IMG/VR virus record: IMGVR_UViG_2974649007_000001
Location: 1-64,000 of that record
From: a virus
Lineage: Duplodnaviria > Caudoviricetes
Reading direction: 5' to 3' (one strand)
DNA length: 64,000 nt
Shown here: positions 46,704-55,130 of the stretch, one piece after another
How the letters are laid out: every line of letters begins with the position of its first letter
How positions within the stretch are numbered: position 1 is the first letter of the stretch
Program-made: the position numbers and the translations under genes
The notes under the pieces: generated by a model
What the model was told of the DNA's origin: nothing
The model's input: the letters and a program-made list of their open reading frames with translations, nothing else
The model's database searches: none

Positions 46704-47393
46704 TTACACCGCCGTGAGTGCTTTCCAGCTGAATGGGAACAACTTGGTCATGATCTCGCCTACCGGCTCGAACAGGTCTTGGATCTCTTCCTGTGCGTGG
46801 CTGTCGGTACGTTTGATCCAGGCCTGGGCGTAAGCATAGAGGCTGCCAGTCCAGTACCAGTTCACCTCGACGCCCTGCGGCAGCACCAAGCGGGCCTGCT
46901 CTGGCGCCACGCCCTGCTTCACCAGCTCTTCGTAGAACTTGATCATGTCCTCGCAGCGTTGCTTGTACGCCTGCATGATCACGTCGCTGTTCGGGTGAAC
47001 ACCGGCGCTGCCCTGCTTGACCTTGTCGCCGTCGGGCGCCAGGCGGAACGCCTTCGGGACGAACAGCACCGGGCGCTCGCTGATGTAGCGGCGGCTCTCT
47101 TCGTTCTCGACGAAGCCGACCTTGTGCTTGAAGCACTGGGTGCGGATCGGCACCGGCGCTGCCATGCGCAGGGTGATGCTGGTGTGAGCGAACGGCGTCC
47201 AGTGGTCGTGGCTGGCCAGGTACTGGATCAGCGCCTCGTGGCTGCGGATCTTCTGGCCGGTGGCCTTTTCGTGCAGCTCGGCGTCGAGCCGAGTTATGAA
47301 GCTGGAGACCTCGACGTCGTTGGCGAAGCTGACTTTCGCAGCCTTCACCACCGAGAGGTCGTTGCCCATGTGATCGACGTAGATTGCGTGCAT
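46704..47393 (-). CDS. thyX: Flavin-dependent thymidylate synthase
   Basis: HMGNDLSVVKAAKVS, HWTPF, RTQCFKHK...NEESRRY, EQARLVLPQ, HAQEEI. Confidence 0.9.
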   Translation of the reverse strand: MHAIYVDHMGNDLSVVKAAKVSFANDVEVSSFITRLDAELHEKATGQKIRSHEALIQYLASHDHWTPFAHTSITLRMAAPVPIRTQCFKHKVGFVENEESRRYISERPVLFVPKAFRLAPDGDKVKQGSAGVHPNSDVIMQAYKQRCEDMIKFYEELVKQGVAPEQARLVLPQGVEVNWYWTGSLYAYAQAWIKRTDSHAQEEIQDLFEPVGEIMTKLFPFSWKALTAV

Positions 47394-47414
47394 CGGTGAC
47401 ACTCCTTAAACAAA

Positions 47415-47436
47415 GCTCCCGCCAGAAGGCGGGAGC
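47415..47436 (-). terminator. Terminator after TerB
   Basis: gctcccgcc-agaa-ggcgggagc hairpin, with a T run on the minus strand. Confidence 0.7.
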
Positions 47437-47450
47437 GATGGGGTGGCGGC

Positions 47451-47903
47451 TTAGCCTTGCAGGCCGTAGTCTTCCAGGCGCAGGCCGAACTCGCGGCCGA
47501 TTTCCTGCAGGACTTTCTTCTCGTCGGCGCTGATGTCGCCGTCGGCCTGGGCCATGGCGATCGCGTTGACGAACACTTCTTCAGCGTCCTGCTTGTTGTT
47601 CTTGATGTCGCCGATCTCGCGCTTCACATGCACGCGGCCCACCAGGAAGTTGGCTTTCAGCTGAGCGCTGATGCGGTTGATGGTCTGGCTGATCTCGCTG
47701 CCGAAGTGGGCCAGCGCAGGGTTGGAGCGCACCAGCTCGTCCAGCTTGAGGATCTCGTCGTCACCGCAGCTGCCGTCGGCGTAGGCCACCAGCAAGCTGG
47801 CTGCGACGATGGCTTCCATCAGGTCCTTGTTCTCGACCTTCTTCAGTTCAGCCATGGAGTTGACTGCTTTTTTACCCAGGATACGACCGATTGCACCGAA
47901 CAT
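47451..47903 (-). CDS. terB: TerB-family (tellurite resistance-like) protein
   Basis: LMEAIVAASLLVAYADG...E and duplicated AIAMAQADGDISADEKKVL. Confidence 0.85.
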   Translation of the reverse strand: MFGAIGRILGKKAVNSMAELKKVENKDLMEAIVAASLLVAYADGSCGDDEILKLDELVRSNPALAHFGSEISQTINRISAQLKANFLVGRVHVKREIGDIKNNKQDAEEVFVNAIAMAQADGDISADEKKVLQEIGREFGLRLEDYGLQG

Positions 47904-47959
47904 AATGTGATTCCTTGTAGCGAATGGATTGAGGTTTTTACAGCGGGTGTTGCTGCCCC

Positions 47960-48226
47960 TTACAGCCGCGGGGCGTCACGGTTGGGGCCACCGTTCTTCT
48001 CGGCCTGCACCGACTTGGCGGTGATGCCGTCGCTGACGAACTCCACGCGGCCGGTGTCGAACCACTCACTCGGCGACGTCTTGCCTTCAGCGTTGACCTT
48101 GGGGGTCAGGCCTACCTGGTCGCAGCCGGTGAGGTAGCTGCAGAACGCCGTGACCGTGCCGGTGAAGCCGGTGATCTTGTCACGGTATTCCTTGCCCAGC
48201 ATGTTCTCTTTGGTCAGAGTGCTCAT
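47960..48226 (-). CDS. Hypothetical protein
   Basis: LGKEYRDKITGFTGTVTA...YLTGCDQV...WFD. Confidence 0.6.
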   Translation of the reverse strand: MSTLTKENMLGKEYRDKITGFTGTVTAFCSYLTGCDQVGLTPKVNAEGKTSPSEWFDTGRVEFVSDGITAKSVQAEKNGGPNRDAPRL

Positions 48227-48228
48227 GG

Positions 48229-48855
48229 TTATTGTCCTGGGGCTTTGTCAGCGCGGGCTTGGGCTGCAGCATCGCTGTAGCCGTTCTTGTAGCGCTTGCC
48301 GAGCAGCTTGGCCTTGTTGGCCGTCAGCGTCTCGTCCAGGTCGGTCTGGATGCCGTTGAGCAGGCCGACGATGTAGAACGCAGCATCACCGCCTTCTTCA
48401 CGGACGTTCTCACCGTCCAACTGGGCGCCGAGGACGTAGCTTACAACCTGCTGCAGCATCTCAGCCGCTTCACCGGCCAGGCCGACGGCCATGTGCAGCA
48501 TGTGCATCTTGTCGGCGTCGAGAGCGTCGTAGGCCATGCCCAGGCCCTGGCTGCTTGGCAGGTTGAAAGCAGGTTCAAGCGGCAGGTCCTTGTTGTAGAC
48601 GATACGCTTCTTGACGTTGTCCAGCTCGTTGCCGCGGTTGATCACCGCGCCGCAGATCTGCAGCAGTTGAAGGAAGCCGGTAAACTTCAGCTCGTCCTTC
48701 ATCGTCTGGCCAGGCTTGGCCAGCTCGTCGACCATCACATGGAACGGTTTGTCCACGATGGCCTGTTGGTCTTCAGGGGTCAGGTCTGGGCAGATGTGCT
48801 TGACCAGCGCGAGGGCGCTGTTTGCTGACGTGAAGCCTTGGGTAAGTTCGTTCAT
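48229..48855 (-). CDS. Second MazG-like NTP pyrophosphohydrolase
   Basis: LHMAVGLAGEAAEML...EEGGDAAFY...NKAKLLGKRYKNGYSD. Confidence 0.75.
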   Translation of the reverse strand: MNELTQGFTSANSALALVKHICPDLTPEDQQAIVDKPFHVMVDELAKPGQTMKDELKFTGFLQLLQICGAVINRGNELDNVKKRIVYNKDLPLEPAFNLPSSQGLGMAYDALDADKMHMLHMAVGLAGEAAEMLQQVVSYVLGAQLDGENVREEGGDAAFYIVGLLNGIQTDLDETLTANKAKLLGKRYKNGYSDAAAQARADKAPGQ

Positions 48856-48879
48856 TGGATCAGTCCTGTTTGCGGAGGG

Positions 48880-48910
48880 AAAAAAGCCCGACAGTGTTAC
48901 CTGTCGGGCC
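48880..48910 (-). terminator. Rho-independent terminator
   Basis: On the minus strand, gcccgacag-gtaaca-ctgtcgggc followed by TTTTTT. Confidence 0.8.
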
Positions 48911-48927
48911 CCGGTCAAGCGCTGAAG

Positions 48928-49899
48928 TTACTCAGCAGCCATCGCGTTTTGGTCGCCGATGGCGGTGAAGTTCCAAGGGCGGAACGCCTTGTCGCCGGTG
49001 CCGACTTTCTTGCCGACGCTGCAACGGATAACCAGATCAGCCGGATCGCACTTGAACTTGCGCAGGCCTACAGCCATGGCACCAGCCAGACGCGCCTTGG
49101 AAGCAGGCGGGATGGACAGGGAGACCATGTGATCCATGTATTCGTCGTCGCGGTTTTTCAGCTGGGACATCGCTTCGATGTATTCCTTGATGTCCAGCGG
49201 GTCGGTCTCGGTGCCGTAGCCGTCGTCCTTCCACTTGTCCAGGGTGTCCTGGGCACTGGTGCCATCAGAGAGGGTCTTACCGAACTTGTCGTAGCTGTAG
49301 AACATCTCAGCGCCTTCACCAGCGAACTGGCGAACCACGTAGATGTTGCGGGTGCTCAGCACGACCAGATCCAGCACTTCGCCCAGCGAAACTTCTTCGC
49401 TGCCCAGTTGGAACTTGGCTTCATGCAGCTTCAGACGGTCGAAGGACATGCCGGTGATGGCCAGGCCTTCGTAGCCTTGCTCAGCCATGGACTTGGTGAA
49501 CTGCTCAGCCGCACTTGCGTGGCGGTCAGCGTTGGTCACGGCCACAGCGCCTTCGGTAACGGTTGCCACTTCACGCGGCTTGATTTCTTCAGGCTGTACT
49601 TCTGGCTTGGCGGCTGCCTCGGCTTCAGTCGCGGCTGCGGCTTCGGCGACGGGCTCGGCGTCAGGCTGGGCTTCGGATTGAGCGTCAGTCGCGGCTGCGG
49701 CTTCGTCTTCTGCTTCAGGCTTCGCGTCACCTACAGGTGGGGCATCGTCCTTGACGTCGCTGGCTGCGGTGGTTTCGGTCGTGGTGGCTTCTGCCTTCAC
49801 GTCGTCAACCTGGGAAGCGGCGGCTGCTTTCGCATCGGCTGCTTTCTTTTCTGCTGCCAGGGTTTCTTCGGTAGGTGCTGCTGCGCGTTTAAGTGCCAT
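48928..49899 (-). CDS. Highly expressed protein, possibly ssDNA-binding, with an acidic Ala/Glu/Pro low-complexity N-terminus
   Basis: Strong codon bias, own terminator, located in the replication cluster. The SSB call is inference. Confidence 0.45.
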   Translation of the reverse strand: MALKRAAAPTEETLAAEKKAADAKAAAASQVDDVKAEATTTETTAASDVKDDAPPVGDAKPEAEDEAAAATDAQSEAQPDAEPVAEAAAATEAEAAAKPEVQPEEIKPREVATVTEGAVAVTNADRHASAAEQFTKSMAEQGYEGLAITGMSFDRLKLHEAKFQLGSEEVSLGEVLDLVVLSTRNIYVVRQFAGEGAEMFYSYDKFGKTLSDGTSAQDTLDKWKDDGYGTETDPLDIKEYIEAMSQLKNRDDEYMDHMVSLSIPPASKARLAGAMAVGLRKFKCDPADLVIRCSVGKKVGTGDKAFRPWNFTAIGDQNAMAAE

Positions 49900-49957
49900 G
49901 GTAATTATCTCTCTCAGCTTGAGTATCGGTATGGTTTGGGTGTCACTGTCATCGTCA

Positions 49958-49990
49958 TTATCATCGGCAACTAGCGAGGTTTCCGCTAGC
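49958..49990. promoter_or_regulatory. Operator-like site ttatcatcggca-ac-tagcgaggtttc
   Basis: Contains the family half-site tagcgaggtttc upstream of the 323-aa gene. Overlaps the ctagcg-aggtttc-cgctag hairpin. Confidence 0.5.
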
Positions 49991-50025
49991 GCAGGCTGAT
50001 TTATACAGAGCAGCCTTGCCCTCTG

Positions 50026-51741
50026 TCAACCCAGAAGTTCATGGAGCAAGTCATGCTTGTCCTTGATCGCCCGGTTGTTGCTCTCTTCATTGGCCAACAG
50101 CGCCTTGAAGTTCCTATCCGACAACGTGCCCCGCACTCGCATGAAGTACACGTTGACGATGTTCACCTGCCCTTTACGGTCAGCCCTGGCGATCGCCTGC
50201 TTGGCTGCCTTGGGTGACGTTGGGCATTCGTAGAAGATGATGTAGCCGGCGACCTGCAGGTTGAGGCCGGCACCACCAGAGACCCACTGGATGATGATCG
50301 TGTCGCATTCATCATCGTGCAGGAACTTGTCGATCTGCTCCTTGCGATCAGGTATGCCGCCGTAGACGATCGCCGTCTTGCGGTAGGCAAACTGCATGGC
50401 CAGCTGCTCGATGGCTCCGCGGTAGAACGCGAAGATGATCAGCTTGCGCTTCGGTCCAGGGTTGATCGACTCGACCAGATCCCCAGTTGCCTTGGCCAGC
50501 TCGTCGCACTCGGTGAGTGTCGGGTCGAACTTGCTTGGGCAGCTGATCAGCTCGAGCGCCATGTGCCGCAGCGCCGAGGAGTTGTCCGGCGCCAGTACCC
50601 GGTCGCCCAGGATGGCGAAGCGGTCGTTGATCACCTGGCGATACAGCTTCAGGTGGCGACCAGACAGCCTCACCGGCACTTCGCTGATGATTGGCTCCGG
50701 CATCGGGATCACGTCGCGCTTCTGCACTCGGTGAGCGTTCTTCCACAGGCTGTCGTAGATCTTCTCGGTGTTGAGATAACCCACGATGTCCTTGATCTTC
50801 TTGGTCTTGCCACCCGGCAGCGGGATGCGGAACTCCTGCTGCTCGCAGTGCTGCCGGATGAACGAGGCCTTGTTCAGGTATGCCTCGGGGTTGATCAGTC
50901 TGATCAGCCCGTAGGCGTTGTGGAGCTTGGTCGGGATCGGGGTGCCGGTCAGGATGTAGATGGCGATGTCACCCTTGAGCGTCGTCGACATCTCGAACAC
51001 TGACTCCGACAGGATCGAATCCATGCCGCACAGCGCATCGCCTTCGTCGAAGAACAGCACGTTGTAGCCGTGCTCCTTCAGCTGCAGGCGCTTGGGGTTC
51101 GTGGCCTTGCCGGACTTGTTCACCATCCGGCCGTCCTTGGTATACGGCTGGGCGTTGGGAAAGCGCGGCTCGCCCTTCTTCCTGCCAGGCTTGCCGGGTT
51201 CATCAGGCTCGTCCGCTTCCAGGTGATAGCTGGTTGCGAACTCCAATGGAGTACCTAACTCATTGATATTCCTGATTTTCCATTGATTATTTCCGATCTT
51301 CTTGACCAGGTTCTTGTCGTTGTACAGCCGGTAGATGTCGTAGGACAGCACCAGAATGTCTGGCCAGCCCTCCACGTCCCAGATGCGCTCCTTCTTTTTC
51401 TTCTGGTCAGCCGTGCAGTCCAGGTGCTCGATCTTCAGGTGCTTGGTGACACCCGGGAAGAACACCTCGAACTCGGCCATGAACTGAGGGATCAAGCCTG
51501 GCAGCGTGGTGAAGACCACGCGGTTGCCCATGGCTGCCATCATGATTGCGTGGACCTGGGCCGGGTACGTCTTGCCTGCGCCTGGCTCAGAAAAATCCCC
51601 GTAACGGTCGTTCCAGGGATACTTGCGGATCATGTCGAGCTGATGCTGCATCGGCCAGAACGGCAATGGGATGTCCCTGAACCATCCGGGGTGGTTGCCC
51701 ACCCCGACCGTGAGCATCAAGTCATGGAGACTTGCTGCCAT
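50026..51741 (-). CDS. SNF2-like SF2 helicase
   Basis: SEPGAGKT, FFDEGD, LTGTP, IIFAFY, GGAGLNLQ, QAIARADRKGQ. Confidence 0.85.
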   Translation of the reverse strand: MAASLHDLMLTVGVGNHPGWFRDIPLPFWPMQHQLDMIRKYPWNDRYGDFSEPGAGKTYPAQVHAIMMAAMGNRVVFTTLPGLIPQFMAEFEVFFPGVTKHLKIEHLDCTADQKKKKERIWDVEGWPDILVLSYDIYRLYNDKNLVKKIGNNQWKIRNINELGTPLEFATSYHLEADEPDEPGKPGRKKGEPRFPNAQPYTKDGRMVNKSGKATNPKRLQLKEHGYNVLFFDEGDALCGMDSILSESVFEMSTTLKGDIAIYILTGTPIPTKLHNAYGLIRLINPEAYLNKASFIRQHCEQQEFRIPLPGGKTKKIKDIVGYLNTEKIYDSLWKNAHRVQKRDVIPMPEPIISEVPVRLSGRHLKLYRQVINDRFAILGDRVLAPDNSSALRHMALELISCPSKFDPTLTECDELAKATGDLVESINPGPKRKLIIFAFYRGAIEQLAMQFAYRKTAIVYGGIPDRKEQIDKFLHDDECDTIIIQWVSGGAGLNLQVAGYIIFYECPTSPKAAKQAIARADRKGQVNIVNVYFMRVRGTLSDRNFKALLANEESNNRAIKDKHDLLHELLG

Positions 51742-51968
51742 CAGTAAACCCTCTGGGCTCTGCTGCGTTGGATCTTCTCGTGGTCATCCCGGCAGTCCAC
51801 GTCGCAGAAGCGAAGAGGATCTGCCAGGGGCTCACCACAGTTATGGCACTTGCCGATGTACGACAGCCGCTCGACGGGCTTCTCACGCGCTAGGCGCAAG
51901 TGCTCCTCGAGGAGGCGTTCCTGTTCAACGACCGCACGGTCAATGGGATCAGCGTAATTCTCATTCAT
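51741..51968 (-). CDS. Small C4 zinc-finger protein (TraR/DksA-like)
   Basis: ADPIDRA acidic tip followed by CHNC...FCDVDC. Confidence 0.6.
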   Translation of the reverse strand: MNENYADPIDRAVVEQERLLEEHLRLAREKPVERLSYIGKCHNCGEPLADPLRFCDVDCRDDHEKIQRSRAQRVY

Positions 51969-54856
51969 TGGCTTGCGGCCTCCGTGTCGCGGCGGAAGTT
52001 GTTCATGATGGTGCCCTTGAGCGAGAGCTTGGCGGCGTTGATAACGTACACCTCGATCTCAGGGTTTTCTGGGTGAGCCTCAATCCGCTCGAAGTAGACC
52101 TCGCCTTCGATCAGCTGGGTCAGTTGGTTGAACTGCTTGAAGACCGGCACCTCGCCGATGCTCTTGCAGTAGCTTTGGTAGCGCGGCACACAAGACTGCA
52201 AGACCAGGTAGATCGAATCACCCTGGCGCCAGTAGTGCTTGGTGGGCAGCAAGCGCAGACGCTCGTCGAAGGTATCGTCGGCCATGATGTTCAGGGCAGA
52301 TAGGACACGGTCGACTTCCGATGCCGACTTGCCACGCTCGACTTCCGCCACACGTCCACCCAGGTAGGCGATCAAGGTGGATTCCAGGCGCTGCACTTCC
52401 TCAACGCCGCCGACCTCGAACTCTTCCATGGTGTGGATCAGCATGTGCAGCCCGGTGAGGACGCACTGCATGCTCCACCGTGGGCGATCGTCCATGCCCT
52501 TGTGGATCAGGCTGGCCTTGCTGTCCATGATCTTGCCGATGGCGCTAGGCGAGGTGCCCAGTGCCACGGTGACCAGGGCCCGCGCCATCCGCAACAACGC
52601 GCTGCGGTTCTTCACCGCCACCTTGTAGCTGTCGCGGTAGGTTTGGTTCTGCAGCGACTTGGCCTGCAGCCTGACTTCAACTGACCGGCTGCGCAGCGCT
52701 GGGGCGGTGGCCGACTGCTCACTGGTATACACCAGTGGGGCCGACACCCGATCCTCGCTGACGCTCAACTCCCGGTCAGCGCCGATGCGGCCACGCTGGA
52801 TAGGCGAGTGACTCCAGGCTGCCTTGAGGATGCCCAGGATCTGACCGTAGCGGTTCTGGCCCAGCTGCACCGGGTTCACTTCCTCGATCAACCGCGGCAC
52901 CGTGGTGCTGCTGCTGACGTACTGCGTGAGGGGGAACATGGTGCCGACTTCCACGTTCTGGAAGTCAACGCGGCTGTAGTCGATGCCGTTGATGTTGCCC
53001 GTCAGCATGGCCAGGCAGGACTTGCCAGCACCGGCGTTGCCGAAGATGTTGAGCAGCGGAAACTGTGGCTCGTCGAACTGGATGTGCTCACGGAAGTGGC
53101 ACGAGACGAACCAGCCCAGGATCAGTGCGACCTGCACGGGTTCGTTGACGTTGCACAGCGCCTTGATCGCGGTGGCCAGCTGCTCGTCGTCGGGCAGCGG
53201 GTTGCTGGCGTTGATCAAGGCTGGCGACTGCTTGAAGTCACCCCGGAAGCGGTAAGGGCTGCGGGCACCCAGCTGGGTGATCGCGTTGTTGGCTTCCACG
53301 TAGTGAGCGATAGTGGCCCGCTCCCCACGGTCAAACACAATCCCGCAGACGTTTGCTCGGACCATTTTCTCTAACTCCTTATCGTCGGCCTTGTCCCGTG
53401 CGAACTTGAGCAGGGCGACCATCATTTTCTGGATCTCGTTGTCGCCACAATACACCGCGGCGTTGTGACCCTTGAAGGTGTGGATCAGGTCACGCTTGGA
53501 GCCCCAGCTTTTTTCCGTTGCGATGATCTCCACCACCTCGGTGCTGCCGTCCACGATCAGCTTGCCTACCAGCTCCTTTCGAGCGCTGTTACGCCAGGCT
53601 GTATGGCCGGCCTCGTTGGTGTAGTGCTCCAGCTCGAACACCTCGGTGTGAGGCCAGTAGGTGAAGTTGGTCAGCTGCCTGCTGCTGTCCTCGCCCACCA
53701 GGTAGTAGCCACTCGGGTCCCAGCGGATCTTCACCGCTGTGTTGAAGTTGGCCACGTCCGCCTGTGAGGTCTCCCCGTTGGCCACGTCGCTGCGGCAGAT
53801 GGGGCACTGGCGGCACGGTGTACCGATGGTGGCGATCAAAGCACCAGGTGCAAACTTGATCGACCCACTGAAGGTACGGTGCAGCTGACCTTGCACATGC
53901 TTGCGCCGCTCGGTGGCCGATGGACGGCTGCTGGACTCGACGTTCTTCACGAACGGCTCGACCAACAACTGCATGTACTCGGCCTCCTCCGACTTGTCGT
54001 AGCGCGCGGCAATGTAGGCAGCCAGCTGCATGGCAGCCTGGTTCCAGTTGGAGTTGCCCGCGTCACCCTCGGTGATCAGCTTGAGGATGCAGCCCGGGAT
54101 GCCTTCCCACTCCCGCATGGCCTCACGAGGCACCACACAGGCGGCGCTCATAGCCTTGACCTTGCGGGTCGCGGCTACCTTGGCAGCCTTGAGCAGCTGC
54201 TCGGCCTTGGGAAAGCTGACGTTCTTGCCTGGCTCCGGAGTGGCAATCTTCGGCCGCTCGGCGGCAACGATCGAGTGGTACTCGTCGCTGTCCATCTGCG
54301 ACAGCTCGTTAGGGTTGGTGCCGACCTTGAAGGTGCCGGTGTTAGGGCGCGGTACGCCTTCACAACGCCACATGCGGCCACGCCCACAGCTGTACACCGA
54401 TTCATCCAGGGTGCAGGGCGAGGTCAGGCCGGCGCCCTTGAGGACGGTCAGCATGATCTCGCGGTAGATCATCGGCAGGAACTTTGTAGGTTTCTTGACG
54501 CCAAAAATCTGGGCAGGCACGGTGATGTGTACGCCCTTGCCACCTGACAGCCAGCAGTGGATGAAGTCAGCCGGGATGTCCAGCTTGTTCATCAGGTAGT
54601 CGATGACGGCGTTGACCTCACCGAGCACGTTGTCGATGTCGTCTGCGTCGTCAAAGTCAAAGTACATCGGGCCCATGTAGAGCACGGTTTCCACAGCGTT
54701 GAGGCCGTTCTCCGTGACCTCTTCAGGGTTTTGGTCAACCATCAGGACAGTTTTGAACGCAGGAGGACCTGGGAGATCAGCCTTCTCAAGCTGCTCCTCT
54801 GTATACATCCGCCATGGTTCCTTCTTGTCCGGTTTGAACTGAAGGAAATAGTACAT
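51965..54856 (-). CDS. Primase-helicase fusion (AEP primase + P-loop/DUF927-like domain)
   Basis: MYFDFDD and SGGKGVHI (AEP), CRQCPIC, GNAGAGKS Walker A, LIEE Walker B. Confidence 0.75.
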   Translation of the reverse strand: MYYFLQFKPDKKEPWRMYTEEQLEKADLPGPPAFKTVLMVDQNPEEVTENGLNAVETVLYMGPMYFDFDDADDIDNVLGEVNAVIDYLMNKLDIPADFIHCWLSGGKGVHITVPAQIFGVKKPTKFLPMIYREIMLTVLKGAGLTSPCTLDESVYSCGRGRMWRCEGVPRPNTGTFKVGTNPNELSQMDSDEYHSIVAAERPKIATPEPGKNVSFPKAEQLLKAAKVAATRKVKAMSAACVVPREAMREWEGIPGCILKLITEGDAGNSNWNQAAMQLAAYIAARYDKSEEAEYMQLLVEPFVKNVESSSRPSATERRKHVQGQLHRTFSGSIKFAPGALIATIGTPCRQCPICRSDVANGETSQADVANFNTAVKIRWDPSGYYLVGEDSSRQLTNFTYWPHTEVFELEHYTNEAGHTAWRNSARKELVGKLIVDGSTEVVEIIATEKSWGSKRDLIHTFKGHNAAVYCGDNEIQKMMVALLKFARDKADDKELEKMVRANVCGIVFDRGERATIAHYVEANNAITQLGARSPYRFRGDFKQSPALINASNPLPDDEQLATAIKALCNVNEPVQVALILGWFVSCHFREHIQFDEPQFPLLNIFGNAGAGKSCLAMLTGNINGIDYSRVDFQNVEVGTMFPLTQYVSSSTTVPRLIEEVNPVQLGQNRYGQILGILKAAWSHSPIQRGRIGADRELSVSEDRVSAPLVYTSEQSATAPALRSRSVEVRLQAKSLQNQTYRDSYKVAVKNRSALLRMARALVTVALGTSPSAIGKIMDSKASLIHKGMDDRPRWSMQCVLTGLHMLIHTMEEFEVGGVEEVQRLESTLIAYLGGRVAEVERGKSASEVDRVLSALNIMADDTFDERLRLLPTKHYWRQGDSIYLVLQSCVPRYQSYCKSIGEVPVFKQFNQLTQLIEGEVYFERIEAHPENPEIEVYVINAAKLSLKGTIMNNFRRDTEAASQ

Positions 54857-54859
54857 GGC

Positions 54860-55105
54860 TTATTCCTGTGTCATTACGGCCTGAGTGAGTCGCTTGACCA
54901 GGGTCTTGCCACCGTGGCTGAAGGCATCCACGTCGGTCTTCAGCACCAGGCCACGGCGGGCCAGGGCTTCCTTGAAGTTGGTGATGTTGTAGACAGCGTC
55001 CATCTCCACCGCGCCGCCGACCTCAAGCGCGTTGTAGAACTCAGCCAGCGTTGCATAGTCGATTGGTGTACGGGGTGCGTGGCCCGCTTTTTCTACGACT
55101 TTCAT
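54860..55105 (-). CDS. Hypothetical protein
   Basis: 81 aa with SD aggag. Confidence 0.55.
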   Translation of the reverse strand: MKVVEKAGHAPRTPIDYATLAEFYNALEVGGAVEMDAVYNITNFKEALARRGLVLKTDVDAFSHGGKTLVKRLTQAVMTQE

Positions 55106-55130
55106 AATTAGGCTCCTGTGCTGGGTAAGT

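Noticed and set aside
16979-47950. Weaker matches to the operator-like motif (tataacgcta at 16981; cagcgggtgttgc at about 47941)
   Set aside because: They need an indel or several mismatches and have no partner half-site, so they are not distinguishable from chance by eye.
44084-51300. Inteins in the polymerase thumb insertion or the SNF2 helicase insertion
   Set aside because: No N-terminal C/S splice block, no penultimate His-Asn plus C/S/T junction and no LAGLIDADG motif.
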